NCBI GenBank assembly: GCA_951406725.2
Contig: OX597830.1
Location: 65,844,001 to 65,908,000 of the forward strand
DNA length: 64,000 bases
DNA from: Octopus vulgaris
Taxonomy: Eukaryota
Reading direction: 5' to 3'
Shown here: in pieces, positions 26,880 to 40,669 of the stretch
Numbering within the stretch: position 1 is the stretch's first letter
How the letters are laid out: each line of letters begins with the position of its first letter
Translations under genes and position numbers: made by a program
The notes under the pieces: generated by a model
The model's input: the letters and a program-made list of their open reading frames with translations, nothing else
What the model was told of the DNA's origin: nothing
Databases searched by the model: none

Positions 26880-27830
26880 TCCCGCCATCACCACGATCAT
26901 CATGATCATCTCCACCACCACCACCACCACCACCACCACCACCATAAACTACAACAACAACAACAAAAACACTCCCCCTCCTCCCCCTCCCCCTCCTTCT
27001 CTTCCTCATTCTCACCATTTTTATCTTCACCGTCAATACTATCATTCCTTTCATGATTATCATCGTCATCATCATCATTATGGTCCCCACCCTCAAAATC
27101 AACATCATCATCATCATCATCAGTGTCATCATCATCGTTGTCATTGTCATTATCTTCTTTGTCATCATCCTCCTCCTCCTCCTCATCATCATCATCATCA
27201 CCATTATCATCATCATTGACATGATTATTAAAATCATCAATATTATTGTTATCATCATGGTCCTCATCCACTTCCTCCTCCTCCTCATCATCATCACTAT
27301 CTTCATCTTCACCAAAAATGTTATCTTTTCTATTATCATCATCATCATCATCATTGTCAAAACCCTCATCATCAACTCCAGCATCATCAGCATCATCATC
27401 ACCACCACCACCACCACCTCCACCACTATCATCAGCATTGTCATCATCACCGTCATCATGATCATGATGATGATCATCATCATCATTATCACCTTCATCT
27501 TCATCATCATCATCATCATCACCTTCATTATCGTCGTCGGCGTCATCATCATCATCATCAGCAGCAGCAGCACCATCATCATCATCATCGTTGTCATCCT
27601 CATCACCTTCATCATTATCATTATCATCATCATCATCATCATCATCACCATCATCGTCATCATCATCATCATCATCACCTTCATTATCGTCGTCGGCGTC
27701 ATCATCATCATCATCAGCAGCAGCAGCACCATCATCATCATCATCGTTGTCATCCTCATCACCTTCATCATTATCATTATCATCATCATCATCATCATCA
27801 TCACCATCATCGTCATCATCCCTTTCATCA
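26880..27830. repeat. Degenerate (CAT)n tract with a ~126-bp internal duplication
   Basis: The ...CGTCGTCGGCGTCATC...CAGCAGCAGCACC... block occurs twice (about 27520-27800). Confidence 0.9.
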
Positions 27831-28232
27831 GCTGTGTCATGTAATCAGTCGAGTGACCATTTTGATTAAGCAAAATCCTACTTGTATCGTATCTATTTGA
27901 TTGATTTTATGCAACACTGGAGTACAAGATTAGCCACAGAACAATTCATTAATCATGGCTTCCCGGTGGACATTACACTCACCTCATCATCCAGCAATTT
28001 CAGTCAGTGTGTGTGTGTGTGTGTGCATGTGTGTGTGTGTGTGTGTGTGTGTGTCTTCTTCCAATCTCCTTTAAACTAAGGATTCTTCTAATTTTATCAT
28101 CAACGACAAGAGCATCCAGCTGCAAAATACCATGTTTAATGCATCCTCTTTGCAGGAAATGCTGCTGTTGTTGCTGCAGCTGCAGCCGCCACGACCACCT
28201 CTGTCACCACCACCACCACACCTCCTCCTCCC

Positions 28233-28269
<37 letters not shown>

Positions 28270-28438
28270 CTTTCAGTTTTTCATTGATTGTATATGAGAT
28301 CAAACCTTTGAGGTAGTTTTTCGTTTACCATCTCAATTGTGGTCTTATTTCCCTAGCAGTCTGACCTTTCATACATTCATACACATATACATACACACAC
28401 ATGTATGTATATATATATATATACATACATACATATAT

Positions 28439-28470
<32 letters not shown>

Positions 28471-28481
28471 GTATATATATA

Positions 28482-28628
28482 TGTTGGCGTTAGGAAGGGC
28501 ATCCAGCTGTAGAAACATTGCCAGATAAGACTGGAGCCTGGTGGCAGCCTTCTGGCTTCCCAGATCCCCGGTCGAACCGTCCAACCCATGCTAGCATGGA
28601 GAACGGACGTTAAATGATGATGATGATG
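28482..28628 (+). mobile_element. Family C RTE 3' tail (short)
   Basis: GTTGGCGTTAGGAAGGGCATCCAGCTG...GGACGTTAAA(TGA)n. Confidence 0.8.
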
Positions 28629-28926
28629 TATGTATGTATGTATGTATGTATAGATGTCTTGTGATAGTGTGTGCAAATTCGTTATATGCGACAGAAGCAA
28701 TATTAGTTTAAAACAGCAACCTGTGTATCATACTCAAACAAACTCACTGTCTGAGAACCTAATTAACTGCAGTATTCATCCTGAAATAACACCTCTTATA
28801 GACATATAGAGCTAAAAAAGTACAGGAATTGTTGTTTACCTTCTCCCTTGCTGCACCAAAAAAAAAAACACATAGAATTGCTCCTTGAAAGCACATTTAC
28901 TAATTCATGCAAATTAACGATTCTTT

Positions 28927-29190
28927 GTGGCCAAGTGGTTAGACTGTTGCACCAATGATCGCCAGATCATAGGTTTGATTCCCTGATCGGGTGGCATGAT
29001 GCGTTCTTGAGTAAAACACTTCATTTCACATTGCTGCAGTTCCCCTTTCAGTCAGTTTGTTGAATGTTGACCTGCTCGCCTGGCCAGTGGGGTGGCATTA
29101 TTTGAAGGCTAAAACAATGCAAAAACGCATTGTGACCAGTGATGTGTAACAACATCAGCTAGCCTGGTCAGTTTATGTGATCACATGATA
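28927..29190 (+). mobile_element. Old tRNA-derived SINE, third family
   Basis: GTGGCCAAGTGGTTAG A box, GGTTTGATTCCC B box and TTCTTGAGTAAAACACTT core. A related reverse fragment lies near 41280-41375. Confidence 0.55.
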
Positions 29191-29539
29191 CTAATGTTTA
29201 ACAAGATGCCAAATTTATAAAGATTTCAACCCAATTCTTCCCTAATTATGTTCAAATTTATAAGCTCGCTACATACAATGTTTCCCACAGCTTTTTGACC
29301 CCGCCAAACCATAAATAAAATGGTGCAGTCTTGAAAGAGTAGGAAAATTACATTGTGATATAATTTCTTTTGAGATTTTTTCAAGTAGCGCAGTTATTAT
29401 AAGTTAACCCTTCCAAGTAGCTGTTTACTAAGTAGTACTTCTAAGTACTACTTAAAAGAACATGTAATTGTTCTAACTACTAAACTAATTTTGATTGAGT
29501 TAAATTTATCTCAACTAGATTAGGAAGAAACACATATTC

Positions 29540-29722
29540 TTTTACTTGTTTCAGTCATTTGACTGTGGCCATGCTGGAGCACCGCCTTTAGTCAAGCAAA
29601 TTGACCTCGGGACTTATTCTTTGTAAGCCTAGTACTTATTCTATCAGTCTCTTTTGCCGAACCACTAAGTTACGGGTATGTAAACACACCAGCTTTGGTT
29701 GTCAAGCGGTACACAAACGTAT

Positions 29723-29775
<53 letters not shown>

Positions 29776-30066
29776 TCGCCATACTAATATGGCATTCTTA
29801 TAAAAATAAGAATAAAGCTGTCCGCTTATTAGCTCCATGAGGCCATCGCCTTAAGTTAGCTGGATTATATGGATATATGGATACAGTTTGTGTATCAAAT
29901 AGCTAACTTAAGGCGATGGCCTCATGGAGCTAATAAGCGGACAGCTTTATTCTTATTTTTATAAGAATGCCATATTAGTATGGCGATAACTATTAATTTC
30001 CAGGAACGCTACCGTATTCTCTTTTAGAGAGACTTAGTAATTTTAATATTTCTATTATATATATAC

Positions 30067-30097
<31 letters not shown>

Positions 30098-30265
30098 CAT
30101 ATATACGATGGGCCTCTTTCAGTTTCCATCTACCAAATCCACTCACAAGTTTTTTGGTTGGCCCGAGACTATAGTAGAAGACACTTGCCCAAGGTGCCAT
30201 GCAGTGGGACTGAACCTGGAACCATGTGGTTGGTAAGTGAGCTTCTTACCACACAGCCACTCCTA
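29540..30265 (-). mobile_element. Family A SINE interrupted in its internal (TA)n by a fold-back insert
   Basis: The tail part at 29540-29720 and the head part at 30105-30265 are colinear. Confidence 0.85.
29769..30055. mobile_element. Fold-back insert with 93-bp inverted arms and a one-sided tail
   Basis: Arms at 29769-29861 and 29901-29993 are exact reverse complements by eye, with a 39-bp spacer, a ~60-bp tail and (TA)n flanks. Confidence 0.75.
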
Positions 30266-30810
30266 TATGGCAAAAATATTAGAAGGATCATTGTTTGGTG
30301 TCCTCCTATCCAAAAGCTGATTCATAACGCATCTGTTTCATAGTATGAAACCAGAGCTTAAAAGATTGGCTGTTGAAGAACACACAATTCTCACTCAGTC
30401 TTGATTCCAGAAGACATGAATGAATATATTACTATTGTATCTAAATGTATTTATTACAAAAAGCACTGATAAAACTAAATAAAGAACGAAAACAGAACCA
30501 CTCCAATATATCAAAGCTACCTTAACTCGTATTATCTAACACTATTACATAGAACTTTTTACATCAACAACGTGAACAATAACAAGTGCAACAACAACAA
30601 CAACAACAGTAGCAGCAGCATCGGGATGTTGTGAGTTGCTTGCTTATAGAAATATTACAAGGGTCACCTTTTGATCATCACAGGGATGAATGGCTGACTA
30701 TCGCAGGGTTCAATTTATGACTGTGCAGCTCATTTAGAATGTAGATCTATTGATGTGAGCCGAAGAGATATATTGAGAATGCATACACATGTGTATATGT
30801 TCATGCGGGT

Positions 30811-30891
<81 letters not shown>

Positions 30892-31102
30892 TGTGTGAGT
30901 GTGTGTGTGTGTGAATGTCTGTGTGTGTTTAGATGGGTAGATAGATTGATAGATACATAGAAATACATATACATATTCATACATGTATACATGTGTGTGT
31001 GTGTTTGTGTGTGTGTATACATATAGGTTTACATATGAATATGTATATATATATTTATATATATTTTTATATATATATATACACAAATATGTATATATAG
31101 TG

Positions 31103-31165
<63 letters not shown>

Positions 31166-31529
31166 ATTTACGAGTGTATATATGTGTGTGTGTGTGTGTG
31201 CATATATACATTCACGCACACTCATACAAACATACACACACACAAACATACACACACACAAATATACACACACACACAAACATACACACACATACACACA
31301 CACACTCAAACATACACACACACAAACACACACACACACACACATTCATATACAGCTATGGATATGGATATTGTGATTCTGTAAAATGTTCTTCACAGTT
31401 GTTCTGCTTTTACGAGAGAGTTTTTTTCTTTTGTTTGTTTAATTATTATTTCTGTCATTGTTGATGTTGTTGTTGTCATTGTTACAATTGTTGTAGTTAC
31501 GATTGTTGGTAGCAAACAACAACATTGTC

Positions 31530-31530
<1 letters not shown>

Positions 31531-31583
<53 letters not shown>

Positions 31584-31661
31584 TAATAATAATGATGATG
31601 ATGATTGATGATAATAATAATAATAATAATGGTAATAATAATAGTAATAATAATAATAATG

Positions 31662-31725
<64 letters not shown>

Positions 31726-31741
31726 CAACAATAATAATAAT

Positions 31742-31781
<40 letters not shown>

Positions 31782-31975
31782 GTAATAATAATGATGATGA
31801 TATTGATGATAATAATAATAATAATAATGGTAATAATAATAGTAATAATAATAATAATGATAATAATAATAATAATAATAATAATATTAATAATGGTAAT
31901 AATAATAGTAATAATAATAATGATGATAATAATAATAATAACAATAATAATAATAACAACAACAATAATAATAAT

Positions 31976-32028
<53 letters not shown>

Positions 32029-32051
32029 TGATGATGATGATGTTGATGATA

Positions 32052-32097
<46 letters not shown>

Positions 32098-32180
32098 TAA
32101 TGGTAATAATAATAATAATAATAATAGCAACAACAACAATAATAATAAAAATAATGATGATGATGTTGATGATAATGATG

Positions 32181-32211
<31 letters not shown>

Positions 32212-32222
32212 TAATAATAATA
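31531..32222. repeat. (AAT)n tract with repeated GAT/GGT/AGT-marked blocks
   Basis: Directly visible; gives the poly-N/I/L/Y pseudo-ORFs. Confidence 0.95.
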
Positions 32223-32734
32223 TATTCTTATCAGAGGAACATTATTCCTGTCCAAGCTGACTAAGAACTTGTATAACACTGTTTTATTGCTCCGAGCTTG
32301 TTCTCTGTTGAAATAGATTCTCCAATCTAATTATATCAATGTTCTCCATCCTTTCTCACACACACACACGTGTGTATGTGTGTGTGTGCGTGTGCTGCAC
32401 CTATCCCATAACTTCAGCATTCTTGTCTGAGATTATTGCACCACCACCAGCAATTGTGCTTTTCAAAGTATAAGTATCAAATTCTAGACTGTATTTGCCG
32501 CTTCCCTCTATACATATTCAATATTTACCATTTTCTTCTGCTGAGGAAATGGGTGGGCGGGGAAGGGGGTAAAAAGATATTCAGGCAAAGTCTTGCTTCA
32601 TTCCGTTACTTTTCCTTAACTTATTTTCTTGTATTTTTTGTAATATTATATACATAAACCCCCCCCACAAACACACACACACACGCAATATATATATGTG
32701 GGTGTGTGTTTGTGTGTATGCGTGTGTGCGTATG

Positions 32735-32780
<46 letters not shown>

Positions 32781-33195
32781 TACATATACACAGGGAGAGA
32801 GAGAGAGAGAGGGAGGGAGGGAGGGAGAGAAACAGACAGACAGACAGATACACATAAATATAAACACATATACACATATACATGCTTACATGCTTCGTAT
32901 ATGTGTATATATAAAGGTAGATGGATACATTGATATGAATATAGAGATATATCATAAATATAAATTTATAAATATGTGTGTGTGTGTGTGCACATGAATA
33001 TGTGTATGCACGTGTGTGTGTGTGCATGTGTGTGTATGTGTGTGTGTGTTTGTGTATTAATGCCACACAAAAAAAAAATAATAAAGCAATCATGTAAATG
33101 AATAAAATAAAATAAAATAAACAAACTGAATGAAATTACGAGAGATAATGAAGTATGGCAATTGAATGCCAGAAAAAAATTGGACTTTATTGGTA

Positions 33196-33346
<151 letters not shown>

Positions 33347-33924
33347 CATATATTCACTTATATATTCATATATGAAATAAAAAGTAATATGTTCTCTGAA
33401 TGTTAAAAATTGAACTTTAAAAAGATTTCTCTTTGCTCAAATCTTTAAACAGAATACTGAAACGGTAATATAAAACATATTTTCAATATAATATTTAATG
33501 TTTGGATGAATTTATTTATGTTTCTTTTAGATTGGGTGTATCTTGTGATATTTTCTTCAAATTCTTTTATGTAATAATTAAAAAAAGTCATGAATGAGAG
33601 GAAGAAGGCTTATTGATTTTTCATAGGTATCTTTGAATGTTCCACTTTTTCCTCTTTTTTTTTTTTTATAGAAATCATTTCCAAATATTTCCTGCCATTT
33701 TATATATAAAATGTTAACCCTTAGAAAATCGAAACATCCAAAAATTTGATCCACGAGAAAATTACAGAGAAATAGTTTATGTATATGTGTGTAAATATGT
33801 ATATGTATATATAAATATATACATACATACACACACAGACACACATGCATACACACACACACATGCATGCATGCATGCACACACACACATACACACACAC
33901 CCATGCATACACACACATACACAC

Positions 33925-34371
33925 GTTCCTTCATTGGACACTAAATCTGCTTGCGAAGACCTGTTGAGGCAAGTGAAATCGAAATCAAATTTGATGACTG
34001 GCATCCGTGCTAGTGGGGCACAAAGAGCACCATCCGAGCGTGATCGTTGCCAGTGTCACCTTACTGGCGCATCAAAAAACATTCAAGCAAGGTCATTGCC
34101 AGTGCCACTGGACTGGCTCCTGTGCAGGTGGCACATAAAAAACACCATTTGAATGTGGCCGATGCCAGTACCGCCTGACTGGGCCTCATGCCGGTGGCAC
34201 GTAAAAGCACCTACTACACTTTCGGAGTGGTTGGCGTTAGGAAGGGCATCCAGCTGTAGAAACTCTGCCAGATCAGACTGGAGCCTGGTGCAGCCATCTG
34301 GTTCGTCAGTCCTCAGTCAAATCATCCAACCCATGCTAGCATGGAAAGCGGACATTAAACGATGATGATGA
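33925..34371 (+). mobile_element. Family C RTE 3' UTR with tandem GGTGGCAC modules
   Basis: GAAGACCTGTTGAGGCAAGTGA matches the reverse of 8186-8207; canonical tail with (GAT)n. Confidence 0.8.
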
Positions 34372-34389
34372 TATATATGTATGCATGTA

Positions 34390-35008
34390 TTTGTTATTTG
34401 TGTTTGTATTTGTCTACCTCCCCCATCATTGCTTGACAACCGGTATTGCTGTGTTTATGTCCCCATCACTTAATGGTTCAACAAAAAGAGACTGATAGAA
34501 TAAGTACCAGGCTTACAAAGTATATGTCCTAAGGTTGATTTGTTCAACAGAAGGTGATGCTCCAGCATGACTGCAGTCAAATGGCTGAAACAAGTAAAAG
34601 AATAAAATATATATAGGCTGTGTGGTAAGTAGCTTGCTTACCGACCACATGGTTCATAGTTCAGTCCCTCTACGTGGCACCTTGGGCAAGTGTCTTCTAG
34701 TATAGCCTCGGGCCGACCAAAGCCTTGTGAGTGGATTTGGTAGACGGAAACTGAAAGAAGCCTGTCGTATATATGTATGTGTGTGTATGTGTTTGTGTGT
34801 CTGTGTTTGTCCTCCCAACATCGCTTGACAACCGATGCTGGTATGTTTACGTCCCCGTAACTTAGCGGTTCGGCAAAAGAGACTGATAGATTAAGTACTA
34901 GGCTTACAAAGAATAAGTCCTGGGGTCGATTTGCTCGACTAAAGGTGGTGCTCCAGCATGGCCACAGTCAAATGACTGAAATAAGTAAAAGAGTAAAAAA
35001 AGTAAAAG
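34390..35008 (+). mobile_element. Two tandem family A SINEs (an old 3' half, then a young near-full copy)
   Basis: 34390-34610 is a diverged body and tail; 34616-35008 is near consensus. Confidence 0.88.
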
Positions 35009-35043
<35 letters not shown>

Positions 35044-35084
35044 AAGAAAGAAAGAGAGAGAGAGAGTAAGAGAGAGAGAGAGAG

Positions 35085-36199
35085 AGTGAGAGTGATGGGC
35101 AGATTGTACGATGCCTGTGTATAAACAGCCATGCTACATGACAGTGAAATGTAAGCCATGACTGCAGAGGACATGCAAAGTCTTGAAAGAAATGAATCTA
35201 GTGTGCTCCACTGGATGTGCAATGTCAATGTGCATGTACAACAGAGTATAAACGTCATGAGAGAAAAACTGGCTATAAGTTGCATCAGATGTGGTGTACA
35301 GGGGAGACAACTGTGCTGGGATGGTCATGTGATGCATATGGACGAGGACAGCTGTGTAAAGAAATGCCAATCTCTAACAGTGGAGGGAACCTGTGGAAGA
35401 GGTGGACATGGGATGAGGTGGTGAAGCATCATCTTCAAGTGTCGGGAGTCTCACAGAGTCAATGAGAAGTGATCGTGACCTTTGGCGATTTGCTGTGCTT
35501 GAGAAAACTCATCATGTCAAATGAAATCATAGCTGTGGCACATAACAGCATCTGGGATCTTTGCGGTTTGACCGGCAGCTTTTTCTAGCAGTGTCATATG
35601 AAATTGTCACCCATAATTATGACCCTAGAATCGATCTATTGCATTTCAATCTCTTTTAGGGTTAGGGTTAGGTAGGGGGGGAAGGGTATCTTTTTTTTCT
35701 TCACAAATGTAAATTAACCCAATCTGTTTCTTAAACGTGGGACATATTCATATGGCACAGAATGTTTTCACCTCAATAGACGTATTTGATTGATTGAAAT
35801 TGCAGAAATTGAAGAAAAAAACAACAAATATCTTACAAACTATAGAATTTTCTCAATAAAGCCAAGAGAAAAAGATGTTTTATAAACACATTCTACCAGT
35901 ATACGAAGTTTAATTATGTTAAAAACTGCCGTTCAAACCGAAAAGATCCCAGCATCTGTGCCAGTGATATGTAAAAGGACGCCTTTGCTGGTGACACGTA
36001 AAAGGCACATGTAAAATGGAATGATTGGCATTAGGAAGGGAATCAAGCTGTAGAAACCAAACCAAAGTCTGACCGGAACCTGGTGCAGCTTTCCAGCTTA
36101 CCAGTTCCAATCAAACAGTCCAATCCATGTGAGCAGGGAAAGGTGGATATTGAATGATGATGATGATGATGACAACGATGACGACGATGATGATGATGA
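35085..36199 (+). mobile_element. Decayed 5'-truncated RTE LINE (ORF end plus 3' UTR), interrupted by a DNA transposon
   Basis: GRLYDACV...LERNESSVLHWMCNV...REKL...RQLCWDGHVMHMDEDSCVKKC...VEG..GRG are RTE C-terminal motifs with stops. The element continues into the family C tail after 35958. Confidence 0.85.
35555..35949. mobile_element. Non-autonomous TIR transposon with 9-bp TSD (Mutator- or Merlin-like)
   Basis: TIRs GGATCTTTGCGGTTTGACCGGCAGCTTTTT and AAAAACTGCCGTTCAAACCGAAAAGATCC. TSD CAGCATCTG at 35546-35554 and 35950-35958. Confidence 0.85.
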
Positions 36200-36391
36200 T
36201 ATATATAAATATATATAAATATAAAAGGGAATTTTTGTTTTTAACCACTATGTGGAAACCCTTATGCTAGAAGAAGATCCGCTATGGTCTTAACCACTAA
36301 GAATTGTTCTCCAGAAAAATTTAGCAAACACCAGAAATGTAAGCGAGCAAGACAAATGAAAAGTAACAAAAATATAGATTAATCATAAACA

Positions 36392-36480
<89 letters not shown>

Positions 36481-36559
36481 ACATTTACATAAATACATAA
36501 ATACATGCTCACACACCTACACATAGACACATGCATACACACACATGTGCACACACACA

Positions 36560-36638
<79 letters not shown>

Positions 36639-36869
36639 GAGGAATACAGTGATGCTGATTATGGCTAGCAACAATATGGCTAGAGGCTGAGAGGAGAAAA
36701 TACCTAAGGGAAATGTTCTGAATGCTAAATACAAATAGAATAGGGTCTCACATTTATATATATAATAGAGTGAATTGAAAACCTTAAATCAACTGAGAAT
36801 ATCCAAGTAATTAGTAGATGTAATTTGTAATTAATATGCAGCATGTATCTCTGAAGTAATTTCTTTTTG

Positions 36870-37368
36870 AAAAGGGGAAATGAAAGAGAGGGGGAGGAGA
36901 AACGTTAGGGTGGTGGGTGGAGGGCAATAACAAAAGTGAAGGTATTAGGATGAGGAGAAGAGTGAGATAGTTAGTAAAGAAAGAAAGAGTAAGGATGAAA
37001 GAGAGAGAGGTTAAAAGTGAAAGTAAGTGAAAAATGAGAGAGTAGAAAGGGAAGGGAGAGGGAGAGGGATTGAATGAGAGAGAGAGGAAGAGAAAGACAG
37101 GAAGATATTGAAAGTGAGAAGCAGAGAGAGAAATGAAAAATAGGAGAGAGAGGAGGAGGGAGTGTGAGAGGTTAAGTGAGAGGGAGGGACAGAAAGACAG
37201 GAAATGAGAAGCAAAGAGAGAAGTAAAATTGGAAGAGAGAGAGAGAGGGGGAATGACAAGGAAAGGAAAGTGAGTGAAAGAAATGAGTTATAGAATGAGG
37301 AGAGACTGAAAGAGAGGAGCAAAAAGACAAAGATAGTAAAGATAAGAGACAGAGAGAAATGAAGACGG

Positions 37369-37436
<68 letters not shown>

Positions 37437-37441
37437 CAGAC

Positions 37442-37530
<89 letters not shown>

Positions 37531-38100
37531 TGTTTCTTTATTAGCCACACAGGGCTGCACACAGACGGGACAGATTACAAAGTAGAGCTTTTCTTTTTGG
37601 GGGAGAGAAGAAAAAAGATAGATAGATAGATGCATAAATACATACATACATATATACATAAAGAGAGTAAAACTGAAAGTTAATGAAACATAAGGAAGAG
37701 AGAAAGAGTGTGGGGAGGAGGGAGTGAGAGAGACTAAATGGGAGAGGGGAAGAGAAAGACTGAAAGAAAGCTAAAATGAGAAACAGATAGATATATGAAA
37801 TTGGAAGAGAGAGAGAGAGTGAAAGAGAGAGGGGGGAGTAAGAGAGGGTAAAAAGAAAAGAGAAAGCAAAGTGCGAGAAAGAAATAAGATACAGAAGGTG
37901 GAGAGAGAGAAAGAGAGAGAGGAACAGAAAGACAGGAAGACAGTAAAAATGAGAGACAGAGAGAGGAATGAGATTTAGAAGAGAAGGAGAGAGAGTGAAA
38001 AAGAAAAGGAGAGTAAAAGTGGAAGAGGGGCAGAGAGAGAGACAAAATAATGGAGAACGAAAGAAAGAAAGAGATGAAATGAAAAAAAGGAAAGGAAAAT
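36870..38100. repeat. Purine-rich low-complexity region with a (GATA)n block
   Basis: GA-rich sequence; (GATA)n at 37371-37530. Confidence 0.85.
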
Positions 38101-38379
38101 GAATTTAAAAAATGCGGAAACAAATGTGAATATTGTTTCCTTTCTTTTTTATTTGATGTTATACTATTGCTTTGTTATAAGAGTTATTACTATCTCGTCA
38201 TCATCATCATCATCATTGCCATCACCACCACCACCACCACCACCAACACCACCACCACCACCACCACCACCACCACCACCACCACCACCACTACTACCAC
38301 CACCAATGCCAACACCAACATCAATGATGATGACGACAGTGATGATGATGATGATGATGACGACAATGATGATGACGAC

Positions 38380-38413
<34 letters not shown>

Positions 38414-38600
38414 GTGGTGCTGGTGGTGATGATGATGATGATGATGACGACGACAATGATGATGATGATATACATACAAATCAAAAATATAAAAATAAAA
38501 ACAAAAGTAGGAAAAATAAAAACAAAAGTTAAAAGGACATACACACTGAGCCTATTAGATTGACTCTCAGAGAGAGTTTAAGACAGAAAATAAGACAGGG

Positions 38601-38633
38601 TATGACATGTTGAGCATGGCTCTTCATCAGAAA
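38601..38633 (-). ncRNA. Decayed minimal hammerhead motif
   Basis: Minus strand TTT-CTGATGA-AGAGC(CAT)GCTC-AACATGTC-ATA. The GAAA box is damaged. Confidence 0.45.
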
Positions 38634-38984
38634 GAGGAGAAAGTTCCAAGGGGAGGAAAAGAATAGTTTTTAGAAAAGCACATGTGTTGTGTATACAACA
38701 GGTTTCTTTCAGTTTCCATATACCAAATCCACTCACAAAGCTATGGTCAACCCAAGGCTATAGTAGAAGACATTTGGCGAAGGTGCCATACAGTGGACCT
38801 GAACCCAAAACTACATGGTTGGAGGCAAACATCTTAACCATACTTGCACATATTGTATGAAAATAACCAAAGATCTGTCCATCAGTTTTTTTTCTTTATT
38901 TTTATTTACAGCCAATATCTTCAGAATGGAATCATGTGATAGACCAAGACACTTATATGAAAGCCACTTTTTTTTTCTCACAGA

Positions 38985-39593
38985 GGAGACCTATAGAGTG
39001 AAGTACATCAACATCAAAATAAAAATCAAATGGAAATTGTAGTTGTGATACCCGTGCTGGTGGCATGTAAAAAGCACCATCCGAACGTGGCCGATGCCAG
39101 CGCTGCCTTGACTGGCGTCTATGCTGGTGACACGTAAAAAGCACCAACCGATCGTGGCCATTTGCCAGCCTCCTCTGGCCCCTGTGCCGGTGGCACCTAA
39201 GAAGTACCTACTACACTCACGGAGTGGTTGGTGTTAGGAAGGGCATCCAGCTGTAGAAACACTACTAGATCAGACTAGAGCCTGGTGCAACCTCCTGGCT
39301 TCCCAGATCCCAGTCAAACCTATTTCTTTATTACCCACAAGGGGCTAAACACAGAGGGGACAAACAAGGACAGACATAGGTATTAAGTCGATTACATCGA
39401 CCCCAGTGCGTAACTGGTACTTAATTTATCGACCCCGAAAGGATGAAAGGCAAAGTCGACCCTGGCGGAATTCGAACTTACAACGTAACGCAGACGAAAT
39501 ACCGCTAAGCATTTCGCCCGGCGTGCTAACGTTTCTGCCAGCTCGCCAGTCAAACCGTCCAACCCATGCTAGCATGGAAAACAGACGTTAAAC

Positions 39594-39624
<31 letters not shown>
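38985..39624 (+). mobile_element. Family C RTE 3' UTR split by a family B SINE
   Basis: The tail resumes at 39547 after the SINE and ends in (GAT)n. Confidence 0.8.
39321..39546 (-). mobile_element. Young family B SINE monomer
   Basis: CpG-rich full copy with TSD CCAGTCAAACC at 39310-39320 and 39546-39556. Confidence 0.9.
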
Positions 39625-40117
39625 TGTGTCTCCAAGTGAAAAAGCCTTAAAACAACCCCATAGATTCAGCTGCGAGAAAGAATTTCTTTTTTTTTTTTTT
39701 TGCAGGTTCTTTGACAGCATAGATTTCTATTCCCTGGTGAGACTTTTAAGTAAGACCCAAGCTTTACTGATACATAGCTTGACATCTTATTCAGTAGATG
39801 CTGTATTACTTCTGAGATATGTGAAAAGGTATGGGCTAAAATCAATACATTTTCTGTTTCCATAGTGAGAGGATATGCTTGGAAAAAGCTATCTTTTTTT
39901 TAATTATATAATTGTAAATGCTGTTGGAATGCTTCTTATTCATTCACTGTAGTCTTGCTTTAGGGAAGGGATTAACATCCGTTGGGAAACTAATCTCACA
40001 CAACAGTCCGTCACTTTTTCCTTTAATCCAAATGACAAGATTAAGACTTATTTTGCATCATCCTCATAGTTATCATCATCATCGTCATCATCATCATCGT
40101 CATCATCATCATCGTCG

Positions 40118-40209
<92 letters not shown>

Positions 40210-40569
40210 GTTGTCGTCATCATCATCAACATCACTGTCACCATTACTGCCATCATTGTTGTCATCATCCTCAACATCATCATCATCATCATCATCATCA
40301 TCATAACTTCTACTTTTCCATGCTTCTTAGATGAGAGTAAGTTGGGGCAGAGTTTCAAAGGTTGGATGCCTTTCCTGGTGCCAACCCCAACCTGTTTCCA
40401 AGCAAGATAATAATCTCTCAGTCTAAGTCTATTGAACAACATACACCCTAGACATAGTCATGCAGAAAATTAGAAAACAAACAACACTCAGCATAATGAG
40501 CTTTTTGTTTACAAAGATCATGCAACATATCAGGAATTCAGTTCTATATTTAAGAGATGAGGAATTATG

Positions 40570-40669
40570 TACATTATTTACATTCGATGGATATTTGTCC
40601 TCATCAGCTGATATGCCCTCCAGCCTTTATCAGGATGAGGACAAATATCCGTTAAATGTAAATAATGTA
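40570..40669 (-). mobile_element. Small fold-back insert whose loop is a hammerhead remnant
   Basis: 36-bp inverted arms at 40570-40605 and 40634-40669. The loop on the minus strand reads CTGATAA-A-GGCTG(GAGGGCATAT)CAGCT. Confidence 0.55.

Noticed and set aside
35656-35672. Telomere or telomere-fusion relic
   Set aside because: Under three TTAGGG units, and they lie inside a TIR element.
36262-36305. CTAGAAGA-AGATC...GGTCT-TAAC hairpin in a TA-flanked insert
   Set aside because: Both core boxes deviate from the hammerhead consensus, so it is unsupported without a family alignment.
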